This document shows positions 25,855-34,579 of a stretch of 42,840 bases of DNA, in pieces (within the stretch, counting starts at the first letter, position 1; each line of letters begins with the position of its first letter). A program made the position numbers and the translations under genes. The notes beneath the pieces are model-generated. The model had not been told where the DNA came from. It searched no databases and worked only from the letters and a program-made list of their open reading frames with translations. The DNA is from a virus (Duplodnaviria; Caudoviricetes). The DNA lies in the IMG/VR virus record IMGVR_UViG_3300049982_000154, positions 1 to 42,840 of that record, one strand, 5' to 3'.

Positions 25855-26082
25855 TCAGAACGGCCGCCGGCGTTTCGCGAACTCCGTCTGCACCCGCTTC
25901 TCCACCGCCTCCGACTGCTCGGCGATGGCGAGCCAGAGGGCCGGCCGTTCCAGCAGCTCCCACGGCGGACAGCCCAGGTACTGCGCCGCCTTCACCAGGC
26001 GGAACCAATCCGGGCAACTTCCCCGTCGCCCGTACGTCAGGAGCCAGGTCTCTAGCGACTTGGCTCCCGCTAGGAGTTTGGG
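25855..26082 (-). CDS. Frameshift extension (T part) of the tail assembly chaperone
   Basis: The -1 frame after CCCAAAC is open to TGA at 25855-25857 and reads ...ETWLLTYGRRGSCPDWFRLVKAAQYLGCPPWELLERP... Confidence 0.8.
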   Translation of the reverse strand, partial: PKLLAGAKSLETWLLTYGRRGSCPDWFRLVKAAQYLGCPPWELLERPALWLAIAEQSEAVEKRVQTEFAKRRRPF

Positions 26083-26396
26083 CGCTGGTCATCCCGGATC
26101 GCGGCCCAGACGTGCTGCTTGAAGCGCGTCGGCAGTGCGGCGATGGTCTCCGCAGTGATCGGATGCGCCAGGCCTTCGTTGTCCGCGAGGCTCCAGTCGC
26201 TCACCAGCTCTTCGATCACTTCATCCACCGTGAGCGCGTCCAGGCGCTGGATGAACGGGGTGTTGTACTTGCCGGCGTGGTAGCCCACGGTGACGGTCTG
26301 TCCGGCCACGGGTACGGTGACTTCGCCCCGTTCAGCGAGCAGGACGGCGAGGCTGAGGGCGGCGAGAGTGACAACAGGTGCGACAGCTTTATTCAC
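26070..26396 (-). CDS. Tail assembly chaperone (G part)
   Basis: Lies between major tail and tape measure genes; GGAG RBS and GTG start; LVSDWSL motif; ends RPNS over a slippery heptamer. Confidence 0.85.
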   Translation of the reverse strand: MNKAVAPVVTLAALSLAVLLAERGEVTVPVAGQTVTVGYHAGKYNTPFIQRLDALTVDEVIEELVSDWSLADNEGLAHPITAETIAALPTRFKQHVWAAIRDDQRPNS

Positions 26397-26451
26397 GAAC
26401 GTATCTCCAGGTCGTTGAGCGGGGTAGTGGGTCAAACCTGACCCGGGGTCA

Positions 26452-26494
26452 AAATTGAAGCGCCGCAGTGATGGAACGAACCATCACTGCGGCG
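26452..26494 (-). terminator. Terminator after the major tail gene
   Basis: Perfect 14-bp stem CGCCGCAGTGATGG/CCATCACTGCGGCG followed by CTTCAATTTT on the minus strand. Confidence 0.7.
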
Positions 26495-26509
26495 AGGGCC
26501 AGCTAGCGG

Positions 26510-27490
26510 CTACTCTTCTTCCTCTTCCACGGTGGTGCCGTTGGTGAGGACGATCTCCATGAACCCGCCGGTGGTGAGGTAGGTGGGCAGATAGATCGGC
26601 TGCAGTTCCCAGGTAGCGCCGAAGACGTCGTCCTGATTCCCCAGCTTCGGCGTCTTGCGGAAGCGGAACGGGAAGGTGATCTGCAGGTCGTAAGCGTTGC
26701 CCGAGCTGAACTCCACGGCGCTTTGGGCTCGGATGCGGCAGTACTTGGTCGCCTTCGCGCGGAGGGCGGTCAGGTAGCCGGAGGACGCGGAGTCGTGCTC
26801 CATGACGAGCTGCACGTTGTATTGGGCTTTGCGCTTCTTGTGCTTCTTGAAGGAGGTGCTCGCGGTCCCGCCCACGAAGTGCGGCGCCCAACGACCGGCG
26901 ACGGAGTACTCCGCTTCCAGCCAGTCAATGGCCGCCAGGCCGCCCACGCTGTCTCCCACGAGGATGGCCACCTTATCCGGGTCAATGACGACCGAGGGGC
27001 GATCCGCCGCGGCCGCAGTGAGGGTGATCCCTTCCGCGATCTTCTGCGCGAAGCCGCCTCCGGAGCAGGCCACGTCGGCCTTATTCAGCCGCATCCGGAA
27101 ATCCGAATGCACGCCGTAGCCGGCCTTCTCGGCGTAGACATCGCTGCCCGTCTCGAAGGTGTAGGTCTGGATAGCGTCCAGGCCCTTCGCGTCCGGCTTC
27201 CACGTGAACGGTGAGCCCGCGGCCGGGACGCCGAACAGGCCGGAGAAGACCTGCTGCAGCCAGTGGTAACAGCCCGGCCCCTCCCAGTCGAAGGTGCTGT
27301 GCTCCTTCTCGCGGCTAGAGTCGTCCGGCACTTCGAGGCCGGCCGGGTCGTGAAAGTGGTACTCCCCTTCGGGGTTGAGCGTGAAGCGATCCACGCCGTG
27401 AATGCGCTGCGTGGCGGCCACCAGGATTCCCGGCGTTTCTTCCGGTCCCGTCTGGAGGCATTCCATTGATGTGGCGCGAGTGTCCGGCAT
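26510..27490 (-). CDS. Major tail (tube) protein
   Basis: AGGAG RBS; synteny between tail terminator and chaperone; QTGPEETPG N-terminus. Confidence 0.8.
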   Translation of the reverse strand: MPDTRATSMECLQTGPEETPGILVAATQRIHGVDRFTLNPEGEYHFHDPAGLEVPDDSSREKEHSTFDWEGPGCYHWLQQVFSGLFGVPAAGSPFTWKPDAKGLDAIQTYTFETGSDVYAEKAGYGVHSDFRMRLNKADVACSGGGFAQKIAEGITLTAAAADRPSVVIDPDKVAILVGDSVGGLAAIDWLEAEYSVAGRWAPHFVGGTASTSFKKHKKRKAQYNVQLVMEHDSASSGYLTALRAKATKYCRIRAQSAVEFSSGNAYDLQITFPFRFRKTPKLGNQDDVFGATWELQPIYLPTYLTTGGFMEIVLTNGTTVEEEEE

Positions 27491-27592
27491 CCGAGTCTCC
27501 TGTTCTCTGAAACGACAACGGCCCGCCGCCACCGGGAGGTGGGGCGAGCCGGATTGAACGGCGCCGAAGCGCGAAGTAGGGGCGGTGAGCGC

Positions 27593-28030
27593 TCAGCGAC
27601 GGCAGCTTTGCACGCGGTAGAGCCCGCCGACGTGGTTGTAGCGGGTGCCGCTGCCGGCGACGGCCTCGCGGTAGCGGACGGCGCTCGTGCGCCAGATCCG
27701 GAGGATGCGGAACTCCTCGTCGTCAATCGTCACCACCCCCGTCGCGCCCATCAACGCGCGGTGGATCGCGGCCGCCAGCACGTCGCCGGCGGTGTAGCTG
27801 GTGCCTTCCGTGACGCCCTTCACGAGCCAGAGTCCGCGGACCAGGATCGTGCTGCGGGATCCGCAGGCCACGCGGTCCTGTGCCGGGACGTGCAGGTCAT
27901 ACAGCACGTAGGGGCGCACGCGGGTCGGTGGCGCTTCCGCCTCGTAGACGCGCCCGGCCACTAGGTCCGCGACGTCGGCGTGGGCCGCCAGCGTGTCCCG
28001 TAAAAATCGTGAAGAGGCGGTCTCTTCCAT
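27593..28030 (-). CDS. Tail terminator/completion protein (DUF3168-like)
   Basis: LVAGRVYEAEAP...PYVLY motif; synteny. Confidence 0.8.
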   Translation of the reverse strand: MEETASSRFLRDTLAAHADVADLVAGRVYEAEAPPTRVRPYVLYDLHVPAQDRVACGSRSTILVRGLWLVKGVTEGTSYTAGDVLAAAIHRALMGATGVVTIDDEEFRILRIWRTSAVRYREAVAGSGTRYNHVGGLYRVQSCRR

Positions 28031-28524
28031 CAGTTGCCTTCCGCCGCGCGCCGCAGTTCGGCCGCGATAGCCGCCCCGAAGTCTTCCGTAGCCGCGGCTA
28101 CGGCCGGCGCCAGGAACGGCCGCTTTTCGATGCTGCCGTCTTCCCGGCCAAACTCCAGCGCCGGCCCCTGCTCCGCGCCCACCGACACCTCAGCGGCCAT
28201 CGCGCCGGTCATCCGGTGACTGATGCTGCCGGCCAGGTTGCCCATCTCATTGGCGGGAGCTTCTCCCGGAGCGGAGGCCTGGTGCTCTCGCGCCGCTTTG
28301 CCCCGGTTCGCGGTGAAGGAAGCGGCGCCGCCGCCCTTCGTGCTGAACTCCACCTGGTGCTCCCCGCGCTGGTAGACCCGGCCCGTCTTGGGGCCGCTGG
28401 TGATCGCCACCTGCGCGTGAGCCTGCACGCTCGCGGCGGTCTGCAATACCACGCGACCCAGCCGGCCGCGGGAGTTCTTCAGCCCTTTCAGGCCGGTGAT
28501 ATCAGCGGTGAGCTTGAGTCCCAT
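28030..28524 (-). CDS. HK97 gp10-like neck protein
   Basis: HQASAPGEAPA..GNLAGSI...LEFG...RPFLAPA. Confidence 0.85.
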   Translation of the reverse strand: MGLKLTADITGLKGLKNSRGRLGRVVLQTAASVQAHAQVAITSGPKTGRVYQRGEHQVEFSTKGGGAASFTANRGKAAREHQASAPGEAPANEMGNLAGSISHRMTGAMAAEVSVGAEQGPALEFGREDGSIEKRPFLAPAVAAATEDFGAAIAAELRRAAEGN

Positions 28525-28886
28525 CAGTTCAGCTTCCGGCAGGTCAGGATCACCTGCAGCGCCCGGCTGTGCACGTCGCCGTAGTCCAGGATCTCGTACG
28601 CCTGGCCGGCGATCACGAGCTGCTCGGTGGAGGCGATCTCCGTGCCGTGCGGGAGGCGCACCTCGTAGAGGATGATCATCACCACCTGGCCGGCCTCGTT
28701 TACCTCGCCCCTGGGCTGCTTCCGGACCACTTCACACGCCACGGTGGCGCGCGTGGTCCAGTCGCCCTGCAGCTCTCCGCCGCGGCCGTCATCGGTAGCC
28801 GGCCGCTCCTGGATCTCGGCGGTCTGGTCCATCGTGAGGGCTTCCACCGTGGCGCGCATCTTGTCGAGCATGCAGGCGGAGAGCAT
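28524..28886 (-). CDS. Head closure / head-tail adaptor
   Basis: DDGRGG...W...LPHGTEI...I.GQAYEI pattern; synteny. Confidence 0.8.
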   Translation of the reverse strand: MLSACMLDKMRATVEALTMDQTAEIQERPATDDGRGGELQGDWTTRATVACEVVRKQPRGEVNEAGQVVMIILYEVRLPHGTEIASTEQLVIAGQAYEILDYGDVHSRALQVILTCRKLN

Positions 28887-29377
28887 CAGAACACCCCCGA
28901 AGTGCCGCTGTAGCGGTCGGCCATCTTGAGGAACGCGGCGTGCTGCTGCTGCATGCTGAACATCTGCCCGGCCGAGGCGAAGTACACCTGATCGGCGACG
29001 GCCGCCGCCTTCCGGAGCCAGCCATCACGTGCGGCCGCGTTCAGGTCGTAAAGCTCCGCAAATGCGGGCCCGCAGTCCTGCCACACCAGCACGTCTCCAT
29101 CACCCACTGGCCGGCCCTGGTAATGGCTGCCGCTGCTGCCCCACTCCGGCTCGGTCGCATCGCTGGTGCCCGGCTCCAGGCAGCGATACAGCCGCCCATT
29201 GCGCCCGGTCGAGACGATGGCCTGGCCGGCGCCGTACGCGGTGGCCGCGACCCACACCGTGGCGCGGGCGTGCTGCGTGAGGAGGTCCTCCAGCTCGCCC
29301 GAGTCCAGCTTCGGTTCCGTGGTAGCGGCCACCATCCGACTGAGGCGGGCCAAGGCTTGATCGAGGGTGAGGGACAT
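28886..29377 (-). CDS. Head-tail connector with an inserted CBM-like module
   Basis: YDLNAAARDGWLRKAA connector motif; internal WVAATAYGAGQ...GRLYRC...GTS...EPEW module. Confidence 0.8.
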   Translation of the reverse strand: MSLTLDQALARLSRMVAATTEPKLDSGELEDLLTQHARATVWVAATAYGAGQAIVSTGRNGRLYRCLEPGTSDATEPEWGSSGSHYQGRPVGDGDVLVWQDCGPAFAELYDLNAAARDGWLRKAAAVADQVYFASAGQMFSMQQQHAAFLKMADRYSGTSGVF

Positions 29378-29428
29378 AGGAAGAAGTCCGGATCCGGAGC
29401 AAGGCGTGAGCCCCGCTCCGGATCGTCA

Positions 29429-29839
29429 TCAGGCGACGGGTAGGCGTGCCGGATGGCCGAGGATGGCCAGGGCAGAGACGACCGCGGCGGACGCGTTGCC
29501 AGCGGGCGTGATCGTCAGGCGCACGTAGCGCCTGCCCCCCACGTAGCCGATCTTGCGCACGCCGTTATCGCTGTCGAACTGGAACGACGCTCCGGCCTCG
29601 GTGCCGAGCAGTTCCTCATCCGCGACGGCCGCGGCATCGGAGAGATTGGACACTTCGCCGTGCTCCACGAGGACGGTAAAGGTAGCGTCGGCGTCGGCCA
29701 CACTGCCGATCGCAATGGGGAACGTCAGGGACTCGAATGCCTGGCGGTCGATGATCTGCGACACCAGGGGGGTGTTATCGGCGACGGAGACCGGACTGAG
29801 CGCCCGGCGCACGTCGATGTGGGAGTAGAGATCTTTCAC
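29429..29839 (-). CDS. Capsid-associated (decoration-like) protein
   Basis: Directly after the major capsid gene; IIDRQAFES...KIGYVGGRRYVRL; GAGGT RBS with GTG start. Confidence 0.75.
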   Translation of the reverse strand: MKDLYSHIDVRRALSPVSVADNTPLVSQIIDRQAFESLTFPIAIGSVADADATFTVLVEHGEVSNLSDAAAVADEELLGTEAGASFQFDSDNGVRKIGYVGGRRYVRLTITPAGNASAAVVSALAILGHPARLPVA

Positions 29840-29916
29840 GGAAGTACCTCGCCGGTAGCCCCACCTCACGCGTCTCAGTCGCGCGGGGCGGGGCTACTGG
29901 CTTCGGGTCAGGCCCA

Positions 29917-31113
29917 CTACGGGGCGGAGAATTCCATCAGCTTGATCGCCTCGAAGTTCACGAGGTCGCCGCCGGTGCGCTTGGTCGTGTAGAACTTGAC
30001 CCACGGCTTCGAGGTGAACGGATCCCGCAGCACGCGGATGCCCATCCGGTCCACGACGGTGTACGCCTCGCGGAAATCGCCGAAGGCGAGGGAGAGCGAA
30101 CCCGCGGCGAGAGCAGGCATGTCTTCCGCCTCGGTGATGCCGTAGCCGAGGAGCGAGCCGCTTTGGCGCTGGGTGAAGTCCGGCTGCCACAGGTAGTTGT
30201 TCTGGCCGTCCTTCAGCTTGCGGCACTCGGCCACGGTCAGGCGGCCCATCACGAACTGGGCGTTCTGGCGGTAGCCGGACTTGAGCCGGTACACCAGGTC
30301 GATCAGGTAATCGCCGGGCTTGGCGGCCGCGAAGCCGCCGTTGGCGCCCGACAGAACCCGCTCAACGGTGCCGCGCGCCGTGCCGTTCGCGTAGGTGGTG
30401 AAGCCGCGCGGCTTGCCGGTGCCATTGCCGATGACGAACGCCGAATTCTCCACCCGGCCCAGCTTCTCGGCGATCTTGCGCTCCAGCCAGCCTTCCACGT
30501 CCCACATGGCATCGTCCAGGAGGGTCTGCGTGGTCTTCGGCTGCGCGTAGTGCTCCTCCGGAGTGATCTTCCACTTCCCGATTTGCGGCGTGCCGGTCTC
30601 GCTACGCGTGCCCATCTCGGACACCCAGCCACCGGAGTCCGCTTCGTCGTCGTCGATGGGTCCTTCCATCGCGCCGGCGCTGATGGTCTCCACCCGGCAG
30701 ATTTGCCGCATCGGGCTGGTTTCGTACAGCTTGGTGATGATGCGGCCGCTGGAGTCGACCGGCACCAGGTAGCCGCCGTCAGGATCGCTGGAGACGTTCA
30801 TCGCCTTCTGCTCCAGCTCGGACAGGCCGTTGTCGCGACCCTTCCGGATGAAGCCGCCAATGAAGGCCTGCTTGTGGGCCAGCTCTTCGCGGCTGAGGCT
30901 CTTGCCGTCTCGGTCGCCGCGCTGCGGGAGGCGCTGCGCCTTGGTGACCGTGTCCTGCATCTGCTGCAGGTCGGTTTCGATCTTCGCCAGCTTCTCGTCA
31001 AAGTCGGCGGTGCTCTTGCCCTCTTCCACGGCCTTGAGCCGGGCGTCATTGGTGCGCTTGTACTCTTCGAACGAGGTCTTAATCCCGTCCACGGCCTCTT
31101 TTACTTCGCTCAT
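29917..31113 (-). CDS. Major capsid protein, HK97 family
   Basis: N-terminal coiled-coil delta domain; DGGYLVP; GNGTGKPRG; LKDGQNNYLWQP; FGDF; RDPFT...FYTTKRTGG. Confidence 0.96.
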   Translation of the reverse strand: MSEVKEAVDGIKTSFEEYKRTNDARLKAVEEGKSTADFDEKLAKIETDLQQMQDTVTKAQRLPQRGDRDGKSLSREELAHKQAFIGGFIRKGRDNGLSELEQKAMNVSSDPDGGYLVPVDSSGRIITKLYETSPMRQICRVETISAGAMEGPIDDDEADSGGWVSEMGTRSETGTPQIGKWKITPEEHYAQPKTTQTLLDDAMWDVEGWLERKIAEKLGRVENSAFVIGNGTGKPRGFTTYANGTARGTVERVLSGANGGFAAAKPGDYLIDLVYRLKSGYRQNAQFVMGRLTVAECRKLKDGQNNYLWQPDFTQRQSGSLLGYGITEAEDMPALAAGSLSLAFGDFREAYTVVDRMGIRVLRDPFTSKPWVKFYTTKRTGGDLVNFEAIKLMEFSAP

Positions 31114-31123
31114 GGGTGCTCCC

Positions 31124-31846
31124 TCAGGATGCTGAAATGGCGCTCTGGAGGCTCTTCAGGCTCGCCAGCAGCGCGGGATCTACGTCCGCCCCAGCATCCC
31201 GCTGGAGGCCCTTCCAGCCGTGCCCGGTGAGGGCCACGGCCGCTTTGCGAGGAAATCCTGCATCCCGCAGCATTGCCTCGAACTCTCGCTCGGTCTCCGG
31301 GATCCGGCCGCCGGCGCTCTTCACGCCGAGGATGTCCGCCTGGCCGTTGGCCGGGACCGAGACGGGAGAAATCTCGTAGAGCTTGATCTGGGTGATCAAG
31401 CGGAGGCCGTCGCTCCACCACGGAAGCGAGGCCATTGCGGCCTGGTAGTCGCTCTCACCGAGGAGCGCGATCCCTTGCTCTTTGGAGAGCATCGTGTACG
31501 CCTCGACCCGGTAGCCGATGCTCAGCTTGGTGATCACGCCGTCCCGCATCAGGGTGAGGCAGTCCCGGCCGTCCGAGGTGTCGGAGATGCGGGCCTTCAG
31601 GTAGAGGCCCTTTTCGTCCTCTCGCGCTACGGTGGGCTTGCCGATCGGCACCCGCATCTGGTGCTGATACAGGATCAGCCCCGAGACAAGAAACTCCGGC
31701 AGCGTGAGCTCAAACGCGCCCTTCTGGATGATGTCGCCGTCCTCATCCCAATTCCGGAACGTGCTGCCGTAGCCGTGGAACTCATTGGCTGCCAGGCCAT
31801 CGGCGCCGCCGGCTTTGAAGTCGAGGGATTTATATTGGAGCTGCAT
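31124..31846 (-). CDS. Prohead protease, HK97 family
   Basis: FHGYGSTF...D.I..GAF, LYQH, PIG, LSIGY, LYEISPVSVPAN. Confidence 0.93.
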   Translation of the reverse strand: MQLQYKSLDFKAGGADGLAANEFHGYGSTFRNWDEDGDIIQKGAFELTLPEFLVSGLILYQHQMRVPIGKPTVAREDEKGLYLKARISDTSDGRDCLTLMRDGVITKLSIGYRVEAYTMLSKEQGIALLGESDYQAAMASLPWWSDGLRLITQIKLYEISPVSVPANGQADILGVKSAGGRIPETEREFEAMLRDAGFPRKAAVALTGHGWKGLQRDAGADVDPALLASLKSLQSAISAS

Positions 31847-31923
31847 TGCGGTTGGAGAAGGCCTGAGCAGAGCGGGCCACCCCTGGAGAGGGTGGCCCGC
31901 GAAAGGTGAGAATGGGGCAGGGA

Positions 31924-32127
31924 CTAGACTGGCAAGGCGTCTATGGCCTCGGATAGACAGTGCTCGGCCTGCGCCAGGCACTCGCGGGCGCGGAGTTCCG
32001 TATCGTGCGCCTGATCGGCCGCTTTTCTCATCTCGACGCGCTGCTGAATAGCGGCCCGAAGTATCTCCCGGCCCTCTCGGACCCGACGAGCGGCGGTGGT
32101 TACATTGCGCTTCTGGGCGTTCTTCAT
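31924..32127 (-). CDS. Small hypothetical protein (67 aa)
   Basis: AAGGA RBS; fills the gap between portal and protease; followed by a hairpin. Confidence 0.6.
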   Translation of the reverse strand: MKNAQKRNVTTAARRVREGREILRAAIQQRVEMRKAADQAHDTELRARECLAQAEHCLSEAIDALPV

Positions 32128-32146
32128 CGAAGTGGTTCCTTCTCGG

Positions 32147-34579
32147 TTACGCGGCCGCGTGGGCCTGGGCTTCGGCTAGCGTGGCCGGCCGGCGCATCGT
32201 CCCCCACCGCTCATCGTGCGTCTGGGTGACCATGTGGCGGAGTTCGATCTTGCCGTCGCGGAAGAGGGCGAAGGCGCCGCTGCCCAGGATCTCTTCCTGA
32301 TCGGCGGCGGAGAGCTTCGCGAACTGGTCGGTGCCGACCGCGATCTTCGGCCGGTTGTCCGGCAGCGATGGGTCGCCCGTGATCTCCGCCAGGCTGCGCA
32401 CCTGCGGACACGCGATACAGCGCCCATTCGGGTGATCGTCGAGCGTCTCCGAGTGCGCGTGTTCGGTCCCGTGCATCGCCCAGCAGCCCGCGCACGTGCG
32501 GGTGTTCAGCGTGGCCAGCCAGGTCCAGCCCGGTGTGATGTCCGGGTTCGCGGCGTAGTTGTGGATCGCGGCCGTGCGGTGCGCGCGGTTCACCTCGGTG
32601 CGAGCCGTGGTCAGGGCGCGGTTGCGGTTGCCGGCGAAGGCGTCTTCCAGCTTGCGGGCGATGGCCTGCGGGCTCTTGCCTTCCGCTATCCCCTGCAGCA
32701 ACGCTTCCCGGGCACTCTTCGCCAGTTCCGGCCCCAACTCTCCCAGCAGGTCACCGAGGGCGGTGCCGTCGCTGGAGAAGCCCACGAAGTGCTCCAACGT
32801 GGAGACCGGTAGTCGGTTCCAGGAGAGGGTAACGCCCTCCGGGATCTCGCCCAGGGCGGCCCGGGTCAGGAGTTCGGCGTGGGTGGTGGCCGTCTCCATC
32901 GCCGCGCGCTTAAAGGCAGCCAGCTTCGGGCCTTCCTCGTGCCCGAGCTGCTTCATGCTTTCTTCGCACTGCGCGATCAGCTCCTGATACCGGCGCTCCT
33001 GGAAGAGCCACGAGTCGCTGATCGGCTCGCCGCTGAGCTGTGCCTGCTCCATCCGTGCGACGAGTGCACGCAGCTTCTCCTGCAGACCGATCTCCACCGT
33101 CTCGAGCGCGTGGCCCATCTGGGCGACGGCGCCTTCCTCGGGCGCTGCCAGTGCGTCGCGGAACGCCTCCGCGGCGTTCTCGAGGACGGCTTCGGGCGTG
33201 CTGGCCTTCTTCGTCCGGAACGACTTCTTGCCGGGCAGCTTGGCCGGCTTCGGCGGGTTAGCCGGGTCCTGCTCCGCGTTCGGATCGGGGAGTGCCGGCG
33301 GCTGCGGCCGCTCCGCTTCCAACTGCGCCAGGTCCTCCGGCGTGGTCTGCCGGCCGCCTTCAGAGCGGGCCTCTTCCACCGTGATGATGCCCGACTCTTT
33401 GTCCTTGCGGGCCTGCTCGCGCAGCGCGGCCTTATCCGGCTGCAGCTCGCCCACGTTGGACCGGTCCCAGAACATGCACTTGTCTTCGCTGCCCGGGTAG
33501 AACGGCAGCGCCTTTACGGTGAACTCCTCCGCGAAGTAATCCTGGGTCGGAATGAGGCACGCATTCCACGCCTGCTTCACAGCCTCGCCGACGTTGTTGA
33601 AGGTGCTCCGTTCCAGGCCGGCTTCCAGACCCAGCACGACGGGCGGGATCTGGAAGAGGGCCGGGATCCGCGTCTCCGGCGACTTCCGCACTTCGCCGGT
33701 CGCCATATCCTTCGGCTTGAAGCCCAACTGCAAAAGCTGCATCGCCGAGCTGATGAAGCGGAGCTGCCCCGGGCTGAGCTGCATCTTCTCCTGCAGTTGC
33801 TCGGTGAGCACCCGCGCCTCGTCTTCCGTAAGCACGGGCTCGCCCACGCTGTCCTTCGTGATCCGCGGGGTGAGGAGCGCGGGAGGCATCCCGCCATTCT
33901 TGAAGACGCCGGCTTCGTAGTCGCTGACCGAGTTGTCCTTCACGATCTCCCGGAACGCACTGTAGAGCGGCGTGAGCCCTTCCAGGATGTTGTCGGGGTT
34001 GATGCCGAAGCGGAAGTGGAGCATGAACTCCGGGTCCACCTCGTACTTCTGGCCGTCCACGGTGTATTCGTAGTAGTCGAGGTACCCGGTGGAGTCGGGG
34101 ATCGGCTTCACGCAGCGCGAAGGCAGATAGTTGATCTCCGCGAGCCCGCCGCGGCCTTTGATCAGCTGCGCGTAAGCATTGCCGCGGCACCAGTAGTCCG
34201 CGTTCAGCGCCCACCAGAGCCACTTGCCTGAGTAGTGGGGATTGGGGCGCTGCAGCACCTTGAGCAGCGGGTGCGGCCGCTTGTCCGGCTCGTACTTGGA
34301 GCCATTCAAGACGCCGATCTGCGGCACGGCCAGCGGCCAGCTGGTGCCGATCCAGTTGAGGCTGATCGCCACGATGGAGTTCGCCAGCGGGTCGCCGACG
34401 TCGGAAGGGCGGATCGCCGAGGGCTTGCCCCCTACCGTGAGGATCTTGACGAGCTGCCCCCCGACTGAGACGACGTCACAGGCCCCACCGCCGGAGCGGG
34501 GCTGCGGAAGGCGTACGGTGCCGCTGGTGCGCGACGCAGCCTTGCCGGAGAACCAGGTTGAAGGGTGAGTGAGGCGCAT
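32147..34579 (-). CDS. Portal protein fused to a MuF/SPP1 gp7-like head morphogenesis domain
   Basis: Portal motifs RPNP, GNAY, LHFR...GLTPL, FKNGGMP, FQIPP; Pro-rich linker; then RALTTARTE...W.ATL..RTC..C...HG...HPNGRC. Confidence 0.9.
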   Translation of the reverse strand: MRLTHPSTWFSGKAASRTSGTVRLPQPRSGGGACDVVSVGGQLVKILTVGGKPSAIRPSDVGDPLANSIVAISLNWIGTSWPLAVPQIGVLNGSKYEPDKRPHPLLKVLQRPNPHYSGKWLWWALNADYWCRGNAYAQLIKGRGGLAEINYLPSRCVKPIPDSTGYLDYYEYTVDGQKYEVDPEFMLHFRFGINPDNILEGLTPLYSAFREIVKDNSVSDYEAGVFKNGGMPPALLTPRITKDSVGEPVLTEDEARVLTEQLQEKMQLSPGQLRFISSAMQLLQLGFKPKDMATGEVRKSPETRIPALFQIPPVVLGLEAGLERSTFNNVGEAVKQAWNACLIPTQDYFAEEFTVKALPFYPGSEDKCMFWDRSNVGELQPDKAALREQARKDKESGIITVEEARSEGGRQTTPEDLAQLEAERPQPPALPDPNAEQDPANPPKPAKLPGKKSFRTKKASTPEAVLENAAEAFRDALAAPEEGAVAQMGHALETVEIGLQEKLRALVARMEQAQLSGEPISDSWLFQERRYQELIAQCEESMKQLGHEEGPKLAAFKRAAMETATTHAELLTRAALGEIPEGVTLSWNRLPVSTLEHFVGFSSDGTALGDLLGELGPELAKSAREALLQGIAEGKSPQAIARKLEDAFAGNRNRALTTARTEVNRAHRTAAIHNYAANPDITPGWTWLATLNTRTCAGCWAMHGTEHAHSETLDDHPNGRCIACPQVRSLAEITGDPSLPDNRPKIAVGTDQFAKLSAADQEEILGSGAFALFRDGKIELRHMVTQTHDERWGTMRRPATLAEAQAHAAA

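Noticed and set aside
25739-26092. 117-aa minus-strand ORF as the second chaperone gene
   Set aside because: Wrong frame; it runs into the moron gene. The -1 frame ending at 25855 fits better.
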